A DNA stretch of 37,127 bases from a virus (taxonomy: Duplodnaviria > Caudoviricetes): the IMG/VR virus record IMGVR_UViG_3300032328_000241, positions 1-37,127 of that record; one strand, 5' to 3'. The notes beneath the pieces were generated by a model, which worked only from the letters and a program-made list of their open reading frames with translations, ran no database searches and was not told where the DNA came from. Within the stretch, counting starts at the first letter, position 1; each line of letters starts with the position of its first letter. This document shows positions 9,284 to 20,164 of this stretch, in pieces. Position numbers and translations under genes: made by a program.

Positions 9284-10915
9284 TTACGGTTGTTGTCTGC
9301 CTTCGCCTTGTGCATTTCTTGCACCAGTTTGACCTTCATCCGCTAGATTGTTCTGGCGTTCTTGGTCCCTTAATCTATTTCCAGATGCTTGTGCTGTTTG
9401 TTCTGCAGCCTGTTGACCTGTAAGTTGAACTGGTTCATCTCCACCTTCAATGCCAGACATTCCCATTCTTGAACGAACTTCATTAGGAACAATTACCTTC
9501 ATTCTCAAGTAACGCTCATCAATCTTGGACTGTGTATCTTCATCTGTAAGGGTAAGTTCATTAAAGCTAAAATTAAACATATCTGTCTTTTCAGAGATAA
9601 TTGCAGTAATTCTTTTTTCTAAAGCATCTTGTGCTGGACGAGTTACTTGTTCCTTAAAACTCTTGTCTGCTTCTTTGGCAGCAGCAAGTGAAAGACCTTC
9701 ACCTGCACCAACTTTTGTCATTGGAACACGGTGTGCCATAAGGATTTCTTGAAGATTAGACTTGCGATACTTATCAAATGATCCGTCTTGAATACCATTT
9801 TCAACGGCTTCCATCTTAACTTCAACCTTAGAACCTGCTTCATCTCCAGGAAGTGGAACAATAAGTGTTCTATGAGATTGACCACGAAGGTTATTCTGAA
9901 AGAACTCAAACAGTTTTGATTCGGCATCTCTAGAAAGTTTTGCTCCCTTAATCCAGAAAATATAACGTGGAGTTGCTTTGTTTTCAAAGTATTCTAAGTT
10001 AAACTTTGAAGCAAACTCGTTACCTGCCATAGCATTTTTTGCAGGAACAATAGCAGGAACACCATAATAACTATTTGTTGGTGTGTAATCTGCAATATGA
10101 ATAATCTCATTTGGTCTTGGATCTATTCCAACAGGAATTGTTGCTTCTTCATCGTGAAAGTTTTTAAAGAATGAAACCTTACCGCCAACAATTTGTACAA
10201 ACCCATCACGAAGTCTACGAACACGCATTGTTGCAGCAGGAATATGACCAATGTATCCAATCTCTCCAGTAGTTTTTCTACCAACTTCAATGTAACCATT
10301 TCCAGTTGTTGCATAGTCAAGATAGACTTTTGTTAGTGTTTCAGTAAATGTTTCATTGTCATTACGAGTATCTAGCCAGTCTAAAATTTCTGCTTTTGCA
10401 CGTTCTAATTTTCTTCTAGACCTATTTAGTTTTTCTGGACTAACTGCCATATCCTCAAGCATTTGTCTAACTTTTAGTGATGGCATTAAGTCATAACCTA
10501 AACCAACAATATTAGTAACTTTTGCATTTATAGCAGCATAGTTTGCAGCTGAAACTTCATAGGTTTTACCTAGTGAGATTAAGTTATATGGAGGCTCTAC
10601 AACATCAAAAAGACCATATCCATATTGAAGGTAAACAAGTTGCTTTGACTCTGCATCATCACCGCTAAAACCATTAACTGGAGTTGCATAAGTATTAGAC
10701 GAAGCACCTATTTGTCCAGCCTTTTCAAGCTTTCTTTTAGCATTTCGCTTAAAGTTTTGATTAATTCCACGATACTTTAAAAGCTCTGAAGATGGCAAGT
10801 TAAAGTCATCACTAGGAACTATTTCTACTGATTTTTGTAAACTATCAATAGCAACATCTCTTCCCCAAATCATATGACTTTGGGGTACTTCGTTATCTTC
10901 TACTCTTTCGCTCAT
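9284..10915 (-). CDS. Portal protein
   Basis: TGNGYIEV, NEIIH, YYGVP, YFEN.A.P, AHRVP, NEVR..G...GGD motifs. Start reassigned to MSERVED, which overlaps the upstream gene less. Confidence 0.92.
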   Translation of the reverse strand: MSERVEDNEVPQSHMIWGRDVAIDSLQKSVEIVPSDDFNLPSSELLKYRGINQNFKRNAKRKLEKAGQIGASSNTYATPVNGFSGDDAESKQLVYLQYGYGLFDVVEPPYNLISLGKTYEVSAANYAAINAKVTNIVGLGYDLMPSLKVRQMLEDMAVSPEKLNRSRRKLERAKAEILDWLDTRNDNETFTETLTKVYLDYATTGNGYIEVGRKTTGEIGYIGHIPAATMRVRRLRDGFVQIVGGKVSFFKNFHDEEATIPVGIDPRPNEIIHIADYTPTNSYYGVPAIVPAKNAMAGNEFASKFNLEYFENKATPRYIFWIKGAKLSRDAESKLFEFFQNNLRGQSHRTLIVPLPGDEAGSKVEVKMEAVENGIQDGSFDKYRKSNLQEILMAHRVPMTKVGAGEGLSLAAAKEADKSFKEQVTRPAQDALEKRITAIISEKTDMFNFSFNELTLTDEDTQSKIDERYLRMKVIVPNEVRSRMGMSGIEGGDEPVQLTGQQAAEQTAQASGNRLRDQERQNNLADEGQTGARNAQGEGRQQP

Positions 10916-11234
10916 TTGCAAAAAGTTCCTTCCAGTTGTCTGTATCTCCATAAGGTGTTAAACCTTCTGCCATTCTATCAATATCTTCTCTTGCCTGAGT
11001 ATCGCTAACTCTACCAACTCCAGGCATAAACTTTGCTACACCATCTGGCTTACCCCAATATGCTGCTGCTTTTGCAAGAGAGCTCATATTTCTAATGTCG
11101 TGCTTCATTGAAGGAACATTAAGAGTATTACCATCATCATCCTTAAATGGCTCTCCATTTGGCAAGATCCAAACATAAATTCCATATTCTGCGGTAGACT
11201 CAACCGCCTCTACACCTTTTTTGTTATTATTCAT
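10893..11234 (-). CDS. Hypothetical phage protein upstream of the portal
   Basis: 113 aa; the -10 element (TGG TATCAT) lies 6 nt before the ATG, suggesting a leaderless transcript. Confidence 0.7.
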   Translation of the reverse strand: MNNNKKGVEAVESTAEYGIYVWILPNGEPFKDDDGNTLNVPSMKHDIRNMSSLAKAAAYWGKPDGVAKFMPGVGRVSDTQAREDIDRMAEGLTPYGDTDNWKELFANERKSRR

Positions 11235-11252
11235 ACCACTATGATACCATTT

Positions 11253-14200
11253 TTACTCTGTTATTGCATATTGCGGTGCAGGTTTGGATGTTACTCTTTT
11301 TTGCAAACTTGCAAGTTTTGTTGGAGTAAGCTCTATTAATTTTATTGTTGCAGATTGAGAGTAAGAATAAACTTTTTCATTACTAATAGCATATACCTCA
11401 CTTGCAGATAATTCTTGTTTTGTGAAAGTTACAGTATAAGTTTTTGCAATTCCATTTGGAATAGTAAAGGCTTCACTAGCCCCTGAAGTAACCTTATATA
11501 GGAAATACTTATGACCTGTAGTATTTCGCACAAGAATCATATCGTCATTTTTAATGTATTTTGATCCTATCTTTAATTTTTCTCTTTCATCTAAGTTACC
11601 ATCGTAATTTTTATCTTTAAAATACAATATTGTATCTTTTTTAATAGCAGTGGTTAAATTACTAGACATCACAATTTTTGGAAATGGCTCAATAAAACTA
11701 ATAGGTGAGTTTTTAGGAATAGTTTGAATTAGTCCATATAATTTTGGCTTATATTTTGTATTTGGTGTATTAAACTTAATGCTTATAATGTTTCCACTTT
11801 TTGAAGCTACTGTTGCTCCTGGATCCAAATAACCAGATTTAACAACTTTATCTCCAACCTCAACTCCTGTTGAAGACGCAAGAGTAACTGGAGTAGAAAT
11901 AAACTTATCCTTTGATCTTACTTTTGGAATATCTCCATTGTTAGTATTTTCTGTTTTAAGGTCTCTTTTAGTTGCTGTAGCATCTAAAGAACTAATTGTT
12001 CCTAGCTCATTTTTATTTGATGAATCTACCCTTATACTTCCAGCAAGAAGACCTGATGTATCAGAAAGGAATATGGTTGCCTGACCCGTTGCTGCTGTAC
12101 GCTGTACCTTTTTTGAAATAATATCTGGCTTTGATTTTTTATATGTAATACTTAATGTTTCTGTAGCAAGACCACTTGCTAAAGCATCATATATATCACC
12201 AGAACTTAAAATATGGTCACACTGAATGCTTGAAAGACCCAAATCATTTTCATCTATTATAATGACCTCTTTTGATTTTGTTGACTTAAAATTACTTGTA
12301 ATATTTCCAACAAAAGTGTTATATAGATTATCTAATGATCCAAGACCACTATTTGTAATAAGTTCTTTATCAAAAATCATTAATTGATCAATATAAGAAT
12401 TAGTTGCAAGAGCAGATGTTGGATCTCCTAAAACTATTTCTACACTGTTACTATTATTTATATAAAATGGAGTATTAAAAACAAGCGTTATCATTTGCCA
12501 TTCGTTAAGTTTTACTGGATTTGTTGATAAGCTATAAGCTACTCCATTTATATATGTTGTAGCATTTGCAAGTACTCTAGCTCCAGAAAAATTGTTTGCA
12601 GTAAACTGACTATCTCCAATTTTTATAATTTTTAACGCTGTTCCTGGAGTTGTTGCAGATTCAATATATGCCATAAAAGAAACTGTTCTAATTCCAGATC
12701 CTAGTTGCATAACACCTGCCGTACCGTCTGTTAAATCACTATCTAAAATATAATAAAATCCTCCAGTTCCTGCAACATTGGTAAACCCTGTACCAGTAGC
12801 AGTAAATGTATACGCTCCTGAAGTTCCACCAATAGCACTAACAGTAACAGTCTTGTTATAACTTCCACCAGTTACACCTGAAATAGAAATTACTTGACCA
12901 ACAGAAAATATTTGAGTAGTTAGAGGAGTAGTAAAAGTTGCACTTGTTGCAGAATTATAACTAGCTGAGGTAATTGTTGAAGTTGGAACAAAGCTATTAA
13001 AAGTAACATTATTACCACTAACTGAACTTATAGTTTTATTTAAAAAAGCAAAACCATTTGTTCCATTTATTTCAGAAACAGAAACTACATCTCCAGCAAG
13101 AAAAGGATTGTCTGATAAAGCATATGTTGTATTTCCGCTTGCAGTGGTTATATTAGCTATTTGTGCAAACTTCTGAACACTAGTAAAATTATGATTAATT
13201 TTTGCATATGAAGTTTTTAGCTTAAGACCAGATTTATATCCGTTATAAAAGAATGGCATTTCAATTAGGTCTGGGATATTACATTCACCAGATTTTAAAT
13301 ATATCTTTGCTGGATTACCGCCAGGACTTGAATTATTTAAAACATAATCATTAGTATCATTGGGATCATCATTTAAGGCATAAGAAGCAATTCTAAAGTA
13401 ATTTAAATATGGTGGTCTATCTGATAAATCATCGGTTTTAAAAGTAAATACAAAAGATAATGCATCTACTGGATTTGTCTCAGAGTTTTCTGTTTGTGTA
13501 ACTTTTTTATTTAACCAAGTTCCAGATGTAATTACTCTGTTTATATAATCATTTTCGTATCTTTCAACAGATAATGTTTCTATTCCATTAGAATACTTTT
13601 TTTCATATAAAGACACCCCTACTGAATTAGAACCTGAAGGATTTCCAATCTCAATACGGCAAGCACCAGTTACTTCAGAAAGAGGTGGGCACAATAACTG
13701 TTGATCAATATCAATAGTAGCCTGTGCATAAGATTTTATTTTAAACCTACGCTCAGATCTATTTGGAATTGCGGTGTAGTAATTTTTAAAAGAACCACTT
13801 TCTATTTCACTAATACTGTCGTATAATAACTCATTATCTTTATGAATACCAACAATTCTTAATAAATTAGAATCAGACAGACCGATATCGGATTCATCTA
13901 TTTTTGTAATATCCGATCCTTCAAACCATATATTATCTGATCCAAATCTTGCATAAGCAGAAGGTATTTCAGGAATGTCTAGGGGTGTAATTACTTGACT
14001 TCCTGTTGTAAGGAAAAATGCATTTGATACTCCACCAAGGTCTTTATAATATCCAACATAAAAAGATGTAGATAAGGAATGACCAGTTTTTAAAGTAGTT
14101 ATTGTTCCATTAATATCCACATTTATTTTATTTGTAGACGACTCTGTTATTGTATAAAACTCAATATAATTTTGTGAAGACTTAGATCCAATAGTTAATA

Positions 14201-15254
14201 AAACTTTTTTATTTGACGAATAAGTTCCATCATCAAATTTTCCTGCCCAACCACCAACAGAGTCTGGAATAATTGAGTTAATATTTTCAATCTCTAAGTA
14301 AGATCCTGACACAAAAGTATATCTGTTGGAAGAAGTAAATAATTGAGTATCTAAAATAGATGCATTTTCTGCAAAATATGTTTTTGGCTCTTGTTTGTTT
14401 TTTATTGTAAGTAATCCATTTTGAATTAAACAATTATTTGCTTCTGTAATACTCCAAGCAGTTCCTGGACCCATATCATACTTATTTATTTCTTTATGAC
14501 CATCCATAGAAAAATTATAAAAAACTCCACCATTAGAATTAACTATTTCGGACGGTAGACTATAACCTACCCCATAAATAAAATGTTTTAAAGCCTTTTC
14601 TCTTGGTAATGAATAAGAATATAAAGATATACAGTCATATTCAACCTGAGTAATACCTGTTGGTCTTCCAAAATAAAAATATTCATCACTTGGGTCATAT
14701 GCAGGAAATAGTGAGTCTGGATCAGAGATACTTTTTGTTTTACTTATTCCATTAACAATTAAAGTAATTGCTTCTTTTGAATAATTTGCAACAACGTGAA
14801 TTGGTTTATTTATTGTATCAATAGGGACTGATACTTCATAATATTTTGTAGATTTTCCTAATCTAAAACTAATATAGTCATCTTTTATGTAGATTTCAGT
14901 CTTATAAGAAGGTCCTTTATTTACAAGTACCTGTTCTGTGTTGCTTGATGAATTTAACTTTACCCAAAATTCTAAAGATGAATAGTTTCTAGAATCTTTT
15001 AAAGACATCTTATCTAAAGATGGGACTCTAACATATCCAGCATTGTCTGTTATTTTAATAGATTGCTTACCACCATAAATTAAAGGAAGTCCTGTTTTTA
15101 CAACATTTGAATATGTTCCTGTGTAATAAGTTTTTGTAGATGAATTAGCGTATGTTCTATACATAAAAGAATCTGGGCGTACTGTATTATCTGTATCATC
15201 TAAAGACCAAACAATAGCTGGATTATCTCTTTGTATTAAATCAGAATAGGACAT
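11253..15254 (-). CDS. Large virion protein with LamG/concanavalin-like domains (tail tip or fibre)
   Basis: 1333 aa; N-terminal SY...I..DNP...WSLDD, SLEFWVK and HVVA LamG-like motifs; Thr/Ser-rich beta segments. Confidence 0.7.
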   Translation of the reverse strand: MSYSDLIQRDNPAIVWSLDDTDNTVRPDSFMYRTYANSSTKTYYTGTYSNVVKTGLPLIYGGKQSIKITDNAGYVRVPSLDKMSLKDSRNYSSLEFWVKLNSSSNTEQVLVNKGPSYKTEIYIKDDYISFRLGKSTKYYEVSVPIDTINKPIHVVANYSKEAITLIVNGISKTKSISDPDSLFPAYDPSDEYFYFGRPTGITQVEYDCISLYSYSLPREKALKHFIYGVGYSLPSEIVNSNGGVFYNFSMDGHKEINKYDMGPGTAWSITEANNCLIQNGLLTIKNKQEPKTYFAENASILDTQLFTSSNRYTFVSGSYLEIENINSIIPDSVGGWAGKFDDGTYSSNKKVLLTIGSKSSQNYIEFYTITESSTNKINVDINGTITTLKTGHSLSTSFYVGYYKDLGGVSNAFFLTTGSQVITPLDIPEIPSAYARFGSDNIWFEGSDITKIDESDIGLSDSNLLRIVGIHKDNELLYDSISEIESGSFKNYYTAIPNRSERRFKIKSYAQATIDIDQQLLCPPLSEVTGACRIEIGNPSGSNSVGVSLYEKKYSNGIETLSVERYENDYINRVITSGTWLNKKVTQTENSETNPVDALSFVFTFKTDDLSDRPPYLNYFRIASYALNDDPNDTNDYVLNNSSPGGNPAKIYLKSGECNIPDLIEMPFFYNGYKSGLKLKTSYAKINHNFTSVQKFAQIANITTASGNTTYALSDNPFLAGDVVSVSEINGTNGFAFLNKTISSVSGNNVTFNSFVPTSTITSASYNSATSATFTTPLTTQIFSVGQVISISGVTGGSYNKTVTVSAIGGTSGAYTFTATGTGFTNVAGTGGFYYILDSDLTDGTAGVMQLGSGIRTVSFMAYIESATTPGTALKIIKIGDSQFTANNFSGARVLANATTYINGVAYSLSTNPVKLNEWQMITLVFNTPFYINNSNSVEIVLGDPTSALATNSYIDQLMIFDKELITNSGLGSLDNLYNTFVGNITSNFKSTKSKEVIIIDENDLGLSSIQCDHILSSGDIYDALASGLATETLSITYKKSKPDIISKKVQRTAATGQATIFLSDTSGLLAGSIRVDSSNKNELGTISSLDATATKRDLKTENTNNGDIPKVRSKDKFISTPVTLASSTGVEVGDKVVKSGYLDPGATVASKSGNIISIKFNTPNTKYKPKLYGLIQTIPKNSPISFIEPFPKIVMSSNLTTAIKKDTILYFKDKNYDGNLDEREKLKIGSKYIKNDDMILVRNTTGHKYFLYKVTSGASEAFTIPNGIAKTYTVTFTKQELSASEVYAISNEKVYSYSQSATIKLIELTPTKLASLQKRVTSKPAPQYAITE

Positions 15255-15269
15255 ATGGCATCTATTTTA

Positions 15270-17204
15270 TTATACCCCTTTAGAGATATCGTTAATATCA
15301 CAAGCACCAGCAACACAAGCTAAATCTTGCACAGATGTTGTTCCATCAAATGTTTCATAGATTTCAAGCCATTTCCAGTCAAGGTCTTCAGGAGTTTCTG
15401 AAAGAAGAACTTTATATTCTTCTTTAGTAATTTCCTGATATGGGGCTTGCTGATATGTATGCTCTGAATAAGGTAAGAATGAAACACCTGACATTTCATC
15501 AATGTGTTCAAATACCCAAGCACCTACCGCCATCCATTCATTTTCTTTTACAGATATTGTGATAGAAGGCTTATGTTCTGCCCAATGACGTTGGTATGCA
15601 AGCCAGATATCTAGATGCTGTACCGCTGTTAGATCTTGACGAAGAGTTGCACCTTCTGGAGCAGCAATAGGAAAAGTAAATACCATAGTGTCATTTGGCT
15701 TCATTACATCTGGTTCGTGCTTAACTCCCATATCCACCAAGAATGCGGTGATTGGGTCTTTCATATCTCCACGAATAGTACGAGCATAGTATTGTGAGTG
15801 CCAAGGATGCATACCTGATGAAGCATTAACAAGTTGAGAAACTGTCCCAGATGGCTTTACACAAGAAATAGCTGTTGCTGGATTAATGCCCATCTTCTTT
15901 GCCCAGAAATCATTAACTTCTACTGAGTAGAGTCTAAGTTCATCCAACCACTGAGATAGCTTTTCTACGCCCTCAGAACCATTTAAAACAGGATGTGAGA
16001 GCTGACCTGTTAGTGAGACACCAAGTAATCTTTCTTCCTCACAGTTCTTCTGCCAGATTTTTCTTAGATACTTAAAACGGGTAAATGAAGACTGAACAGT
16101 TCCAAGAATTGTTGCAAGTTCTACCTTATCCTTTAAAGTCTGTAAATCATCTGTATCTCTAACTACAACTTCTGTTAGGTTACAGAACTGGTAAGGACGA
16201 AGGATAATTTCTGAACAAGGGTTTGTTCCAAACTCTGCATTTTCTCTACGACCATTCTTTGCTGCAACATTTTGAGCAGCCTGACGACTAAAGATACCAC
16301 GTTCTCCAGACTTTGAGTCATAGAGTGATTTCCATTCGTCCATAAATACTTCCATAGTTGGCTTTGTGTTATACACAGCAGAGTTATTTGCCAAAGCACG
16401 TTGCCCTGAGTATTCCCACCAAGAACCTGACTTTGCTGCAGCCATATTACGATCTTCAAGGTCTGACAAAGAAATCATTGCTGATCTACGAACTCCACCA
16501 ACAACTACAACTTCTGCAATCTTGCACATAAGGTCGTGTGCTTCAAGTGGTGTTAATTTTCTACCTGCTGCTTGCTTTACTGTAGCAACAGAAAATTTAA
16601 ATAAACGATCTAATGGGTCTGGACCTGATGCACGACCACCAAATGTTTTTAGACGAGCACCTGCTGGACGAACTCCAGACATATCCCAAGATGGTATTTG
16701 ACCTTGCCACAAGAGTGCAAGCAATTCCTTAAATGCTCTAGCCCAACCTGCCTTAGAGTCTTCTACAACAATAACAGTTCCTGTTGGCTCAAAGTGTTCG
16801 CTTACTTCTGGAAGTTGATTAACATAGCGTGATTCAACAGAGTAGCCTACTCCAGTTCCACACATAAGGATATACATAGACTCATCAAATGAACGAAGGC
16901 TATCAACTGGTAAGTAAGCACAGTTATAAATGCAAGTATTGTCTCTTTCTAGAGCAGGACCTGCTGTCATAAGCCCACGCATAGAAGGCATTACTTTTGT
17001 TTCTAAAATAGCATTACGAAGGCTATCCCTAACTGACTGGTCTAAATCAAAGTCGGTGTGCTTCTTTGTAGCCTCAAAAATATAATTTATATAACGGTCA
17101 ACTGTTTCGTCCCAATTTTCACGGCGGTTATCATCTTCTCTCCATCTTGCGTACCTTGTCTTATGGATTACTTGCTGATATGCCGATGGCAATGAAACTG
17201 TCAT
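15270..17204 (-). CDS. nrdJ: Class II (adenosylcobalamin-dependent) ribonucleotide reductase
   Basis: MPSMR, NCAY, VVVGGVRRSA, GTNPCSEI, QFCNLTE, CVKPSGT and C-terminal ACVAGAC motifs. Confidence 0.93.
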   Translation of the reverse strand: MTVSLPSAYQQVIHKTRYARWREDDNRRENWDETVDRYINYIFEATKKHTDFDLDQSVRDSLRNAILETKVMPSMRGLMTAGPALERDNTCIYNCAYLPVDSLRSFDESMYILMCGTGVGYSVESRYVNQLPEVSEHFEPTGTVIVVEDSKAGWARAFKELLALLWQGQIPSWDMSGVRPAGARLKTFGGRASGPDPLDRLFKFSVATVKQAAGRKLTPLEAHDLMCKIAEVVVVGGVRRSAMISLSDLEDRNMAAAKSGSWWEYSGQRALANNSAVYNTKPTMEVFMDEWKSLYDSKSGERGIFSRQAAQNVAAKNGRRENAEFGTNPCSEIILRPYQFCNLTEVVVRDTDDLQTLKDKVELATILGTVQSSFTRFKYLRKIWQKNCEEERLLGVSLTGQLSHPVLNGSEGVEKLSQWLDELRLYSVEVNDFWAKKMGINPATAISCVKPSGTVSQLVNASSGMHPWHSQYYARTIRGDMKDPITAFLVDMGVKHEPDVMKPNDTMVFTFPIAAPEGATLRQDLTAVQHLDIWLAYQRHWAEHKPSITISVKENEWMAVGAWVFEHIDEMSGVSFLPYSEHTYQQAPYQEITKEEYKVLLSETPEDLDWKWLEIYETFDGTTSVQDLACVAGACDINDISKGV

Positions 17205-17313
17205 TTTTTATTTACTCCGTCTATTTTTTGATTCCCATAAAAGTGGGGTAGTTACTATTGTACCCTAAATAGGGTTTGTGGTCAACAAGAAATCGATGTG
17301 ATATGATTAACAA

Positions 17314-17526
17314 ATGATAACAATTCAAGAACTACATAGATATAAAGATTTAGTTGAGCAAGGATTTACTCCACCAATTCCGTGTCCAATGAATAATGAA
17401 CACTTGCCACCAATTCCTTTTCTTAAAGATGATGAGCCTGTTATGTGGTGTTTAGAATGTGACACAAAGTTACATTTGGGAGAAAGAAAAATTACACTAA
17501 TTAAAAAATTAATTGGTAACGTCTGA
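17314..17526 (+). CDS. Small zinc-ribbon-like protein
   Basis: CP....H...WCLEC; extended -10 (TGA TATGAT) 6 nt before the ATG. Confidence 0.65.
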   Translation: MITIQELHRYKDLVEQGFTPPIPCPMNNEHLPPIPFLKDDEPVMWCLECDTKLHLGERKITLIKKLIGNV

Positions 17527-17841
17527 TACTACAACTATCGGACCTTTAAGAATTGTTGAAATAACTCCATTATTATTCATCTGAATATCATACTCATAGA
17601 TCTTATTTCCAGAAAGTTTTGCTGATTCTGTTGCTGTTAAAGTAGCTGTTAGTTCTCCATTAGCACCACTTGTTATACTAAAAGCAAACTCTGCAATTTT
17701 TGTAGTTTTACCTTTTTCTTTAATTTGTCCAGTAAAAGTATGACCTGTAATATTATAGTTAGATGCTCCTGAATCAAGTGCTAAATTAAATGAGAAAGTA
17801 TCTCCTTTATAAACCTTAAATGATTTAAATCCTGGAAGCAC
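17509..17841 (-). CDS. Small Ig-like virion protein (BppU N-terminal-like)
   Basis: KGDTF...YNITG.TF..QI...YEYDIQ...TILKG pattern; GTG start next to the fibre gene. Confidence 0.6.
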   Translation of the reverse strand: MLPGFKSFKVYKGDTFSFNLALDSGASNYNITGHTFTGQIKEKGKTTKIAEFAFSITSGANGELTATLTATESAKLSGNKIYEYDIQMNNNGVISTILKGPIVVVSDVTN

Positions 17842-17842
17842 T

Positions 17843-19480
17843 TTAACCTACCACTACTACCGTGTATTGTCCTAAAGTTGGTACACTATTAGTGTTAATT
17901 GTAACAGCACTTGTGCTGGTATGCAAAACTTCTACTTCAACTTCTGCATAAGGTGATGCTGTTTCATATACAGAAACTGTTACTGCTCTTGTAGAAAGAC
18001 TGTGTGTAACAGTAAATGTCTGAGATGCTGCATCTCCAATAGTTGTTGTGTATTTCTTTGTGTAACCATCAGTTGTAAGCTTTGTTTCAAGTGCAGAAAC
18101 ATCTACTGCTAGACCTGATGTTGTACTCAAGTATGGATTACTTGCTGCTAGAATAACTGCTGCTGTAATTGTACCTACTGGTGTTGCACTATCATTATAT
18201 GTAAAATCAATAGTTGTTGAATCTGTTAGTGATGCTGCAACAGTATCTTCTACATACTCTTGTAGTCCTGTGATATCAGATGTTGCGTGAGTATGACCTG
18301 CTAAAGAGATTGCTACTTCTGATCCAAGCAGACCAGCTTGCCATACATCGCTAGTTTCGTTCCAAATTAATGAAGCGTTTGTAGAATCTCCACGCTCCAC
18401 TTCAATTCCTGCATTAAGCGAAGGAGAACCTGTAACATTTGAATTAAGTAAGAACTTATTATCTTCAACATTAATTGTTGTTGTTGAGAACGAGTTAATT
18501 GCACCAACAATGTCAAGGTCTCCACTAACCTTAAGGTCTCCAGCAATTACTACGTTAGTAGGAAGACCTACTGTTATTGCTCCAGTTGACGCACTAACAG
18601 AAACCTCATTAGCTGTTCCAGTAAGGCTAAGTACACCAGCGTTGTTAATTGTTGCAGTTGATCCTTCACCTTGAGTATGAGATACGGTAATACCAGTTCC
18701 TTGAGAAACTTGAGATACATAGTTTCCAGTTGTATCTGTTCCAAGGGCAATAGTTCCAAGTAATGCTACTGTACCAGTTGCATCTGGAAGGGTAATTGTA
18801 CGATCTACTGTTGGATCAACAACAGTAAGGGTAGTTTCAAATGCATCTGCGGTTGCACCTTCAAATACGATTGAAGTAGGAAGGCTAACAGTTCCAGTAA
18901 ATACTGGATTGCTAATTGGGGCATATGTACTAGAGGCAGTTGAGGTTGTTAAGTATGTTGATGTGTCAAGAGAATATGTATCTGCTGCTGTTTTTACTAA
19001 GAAACCCGATGTTCCTGAAAGACCAGCAATAGAAGTAAGGTCTGCATCTAGTGGTTGGTATACAGAAGAAAGACTTGGGATATCTGCTGCGACTAATGCT
19101 CTAAATGTTGGAGCTGCTGCAGACCCACCAGTTGCTGGACCAGCAAATACATAGTTTGGTGATTGTGTGTCAAGTGTTAGCGTTAGACTTCCAGTAGATG
19201 TAACTGGCGAGTTAGTAACTCCAAATACATTTCCTGCTGCGGTATCAAATGCAAGACCTACGGATGTTACAGAACCAGATGATAGTTCATCGTAGTGAGC
19301 TAACTTTACCCAAGAAGAGCCATTATAAAACTCAATTCTGTCTGTACCAGTGGTGGTGTAGATCATCCTTCCAACAAAATTACTTGTAGGAGCAGTATTA
19401 TCTGCATAATCTTCTAATCTAAAATTCTTAGCCTTATTTCCTGTAAGGTTAAGATCAACTAAGAACTTCTTCTCAGCCAC
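17843..19480 (-). CDS. Tail fibre/spike-like structural protein
   Basis: 545 aa, Thr/Ser/Gly-rich; YQPLDADLT, FEGATADAFETTL and AGIEVERG modules common in aquatic phage fibres. Confidence 0.65.
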   Translation of the reverse strand: MAEKKFLVDLNLTGNKAKNFRLEDYADNTAPTSNFVGRMIYTTTGTDRIEFYNGSSWVKLAHYDELSSGSVTSVGLAFDTAAGNVFGVTNSPVTSTGSLTLTLDTQSPNYVFAGPATGGSAAAPTFRALVAADIPSLSSVYQPLDADLTSIAGLSGTSGFLVKTAADTYSLDTSTYLTTSTASSTYAPISNPVFTGTVSLPTSIVFEGATADAFETTLTVVDPTVDRTITLPDATGTVALLGTIALGTDTTGNYVSQVSQGTGITVSHTQGEGSTATINNAGVLSLTGTANEVSVSASTGAITVGLPTNVVIAGDLKVSGDLDIVGAINSFSTTTINVEDNKFLLNSNVTGSPSLNAGIEVERGDSTNASLIWNETSDVWQAGLLGSEVAISLAGHTHATSDITGLQEYVEDTVAASLTDSTTIDFTYNDSATPVGTITAAVILAASNPYLSTTSGLAVDVSALETKLTTDGYTKKYTTTIGDAASQTFTVTHSLSTRAVTVSVYETASPYAEVEVEVLHTSTSAVTINTNSVPTLGQYTVVVVG

Positions 19481-19506
19481 TATTAATCACCAATTTTCAT
19501 AAAAAT

Positions 19507-20160
19507 TTAGCTTAGATAAGCCGTACCACTTATCGCACTATTCATAATAATTATAGCAGTATTTGAATTAGTATAAGAAACGTGGGTTTCAACAGAATTG
19601 TTTCCACTATCAAATACTGATACATTTGGATAAAAGTTTAAATTATGGTTAATTGTCCAAATATATGATCCTGCAAATGGACCAGATGTTTGAATAGTTG
19701 GAATACTTGCTTGTGTAAAAACAAACCTAACGTGATTTACTGGATTATCACCAATGTCTGGATAGTCAATAACTACTGCACCAGTTTTACCATTTACAGA
19801 AGTTACGGGAATTGCAATATCCCCAAGAGAAATAGTTACATCTAAGGTACTAGGATCGTCTAATACATCAATACTTGTAACCCCATAATCAAAACTAGAT
19901 AGATTTACATCTAAAGTAGCAACATCATCTGAAACATCAATATTTGTAACTTCAATGTCCGACATAGAGACATTTACATCTAATGAATTAAGATCATCTG
20001 CAATACCAATATTGGTTACTCCAGAATCAAAGCCTAGATCAATATTACTAACATCTTGGACAGTAGTTACATCTACAGAATCAATAGTTGGGTTTGGAGA
20101 TACGGTAACTGAGTCAATAGGGTCAAGGGTGGTTACTGTAATTGTATCTGGAGTAGGCAT
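19507..20160 (-). CDS. Acidic repeat-containing virion protein
   Basis: Three 23-aa Asp/Val repeats, VTSVNGKTGAV fibre motif, C-terminal WTINHNL..P.V.V.D domain. Confidence 0.6.
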   Translation of the reverse strand: MPTPDTITVTTLDPIDSVTVSPNPTIDSVDVTTVQDVSNIDLGFDSGVTNIGIADDLNSLDVNVSMSDIEVTNIDVSDDVATLDVNLSSFDYGVTSIDVLDDPSTLDVTISLGDIAIPVTSVNGKTGAVVIDYPDIGDNPVNHVRFVFTQASIPTIQTSGPFAGSYIWTINHNLNFYPNVSVFDSGNNSVETHVSYTNSNTAIIIMNSAISGTAYLS

Positions 20161-20164
20161 ATGT

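Noticed and set aside
15270-17204. Intein or intron in nrdJ
   Set aside because: The ORF is continuous, of normal length, and has all motifs in order.
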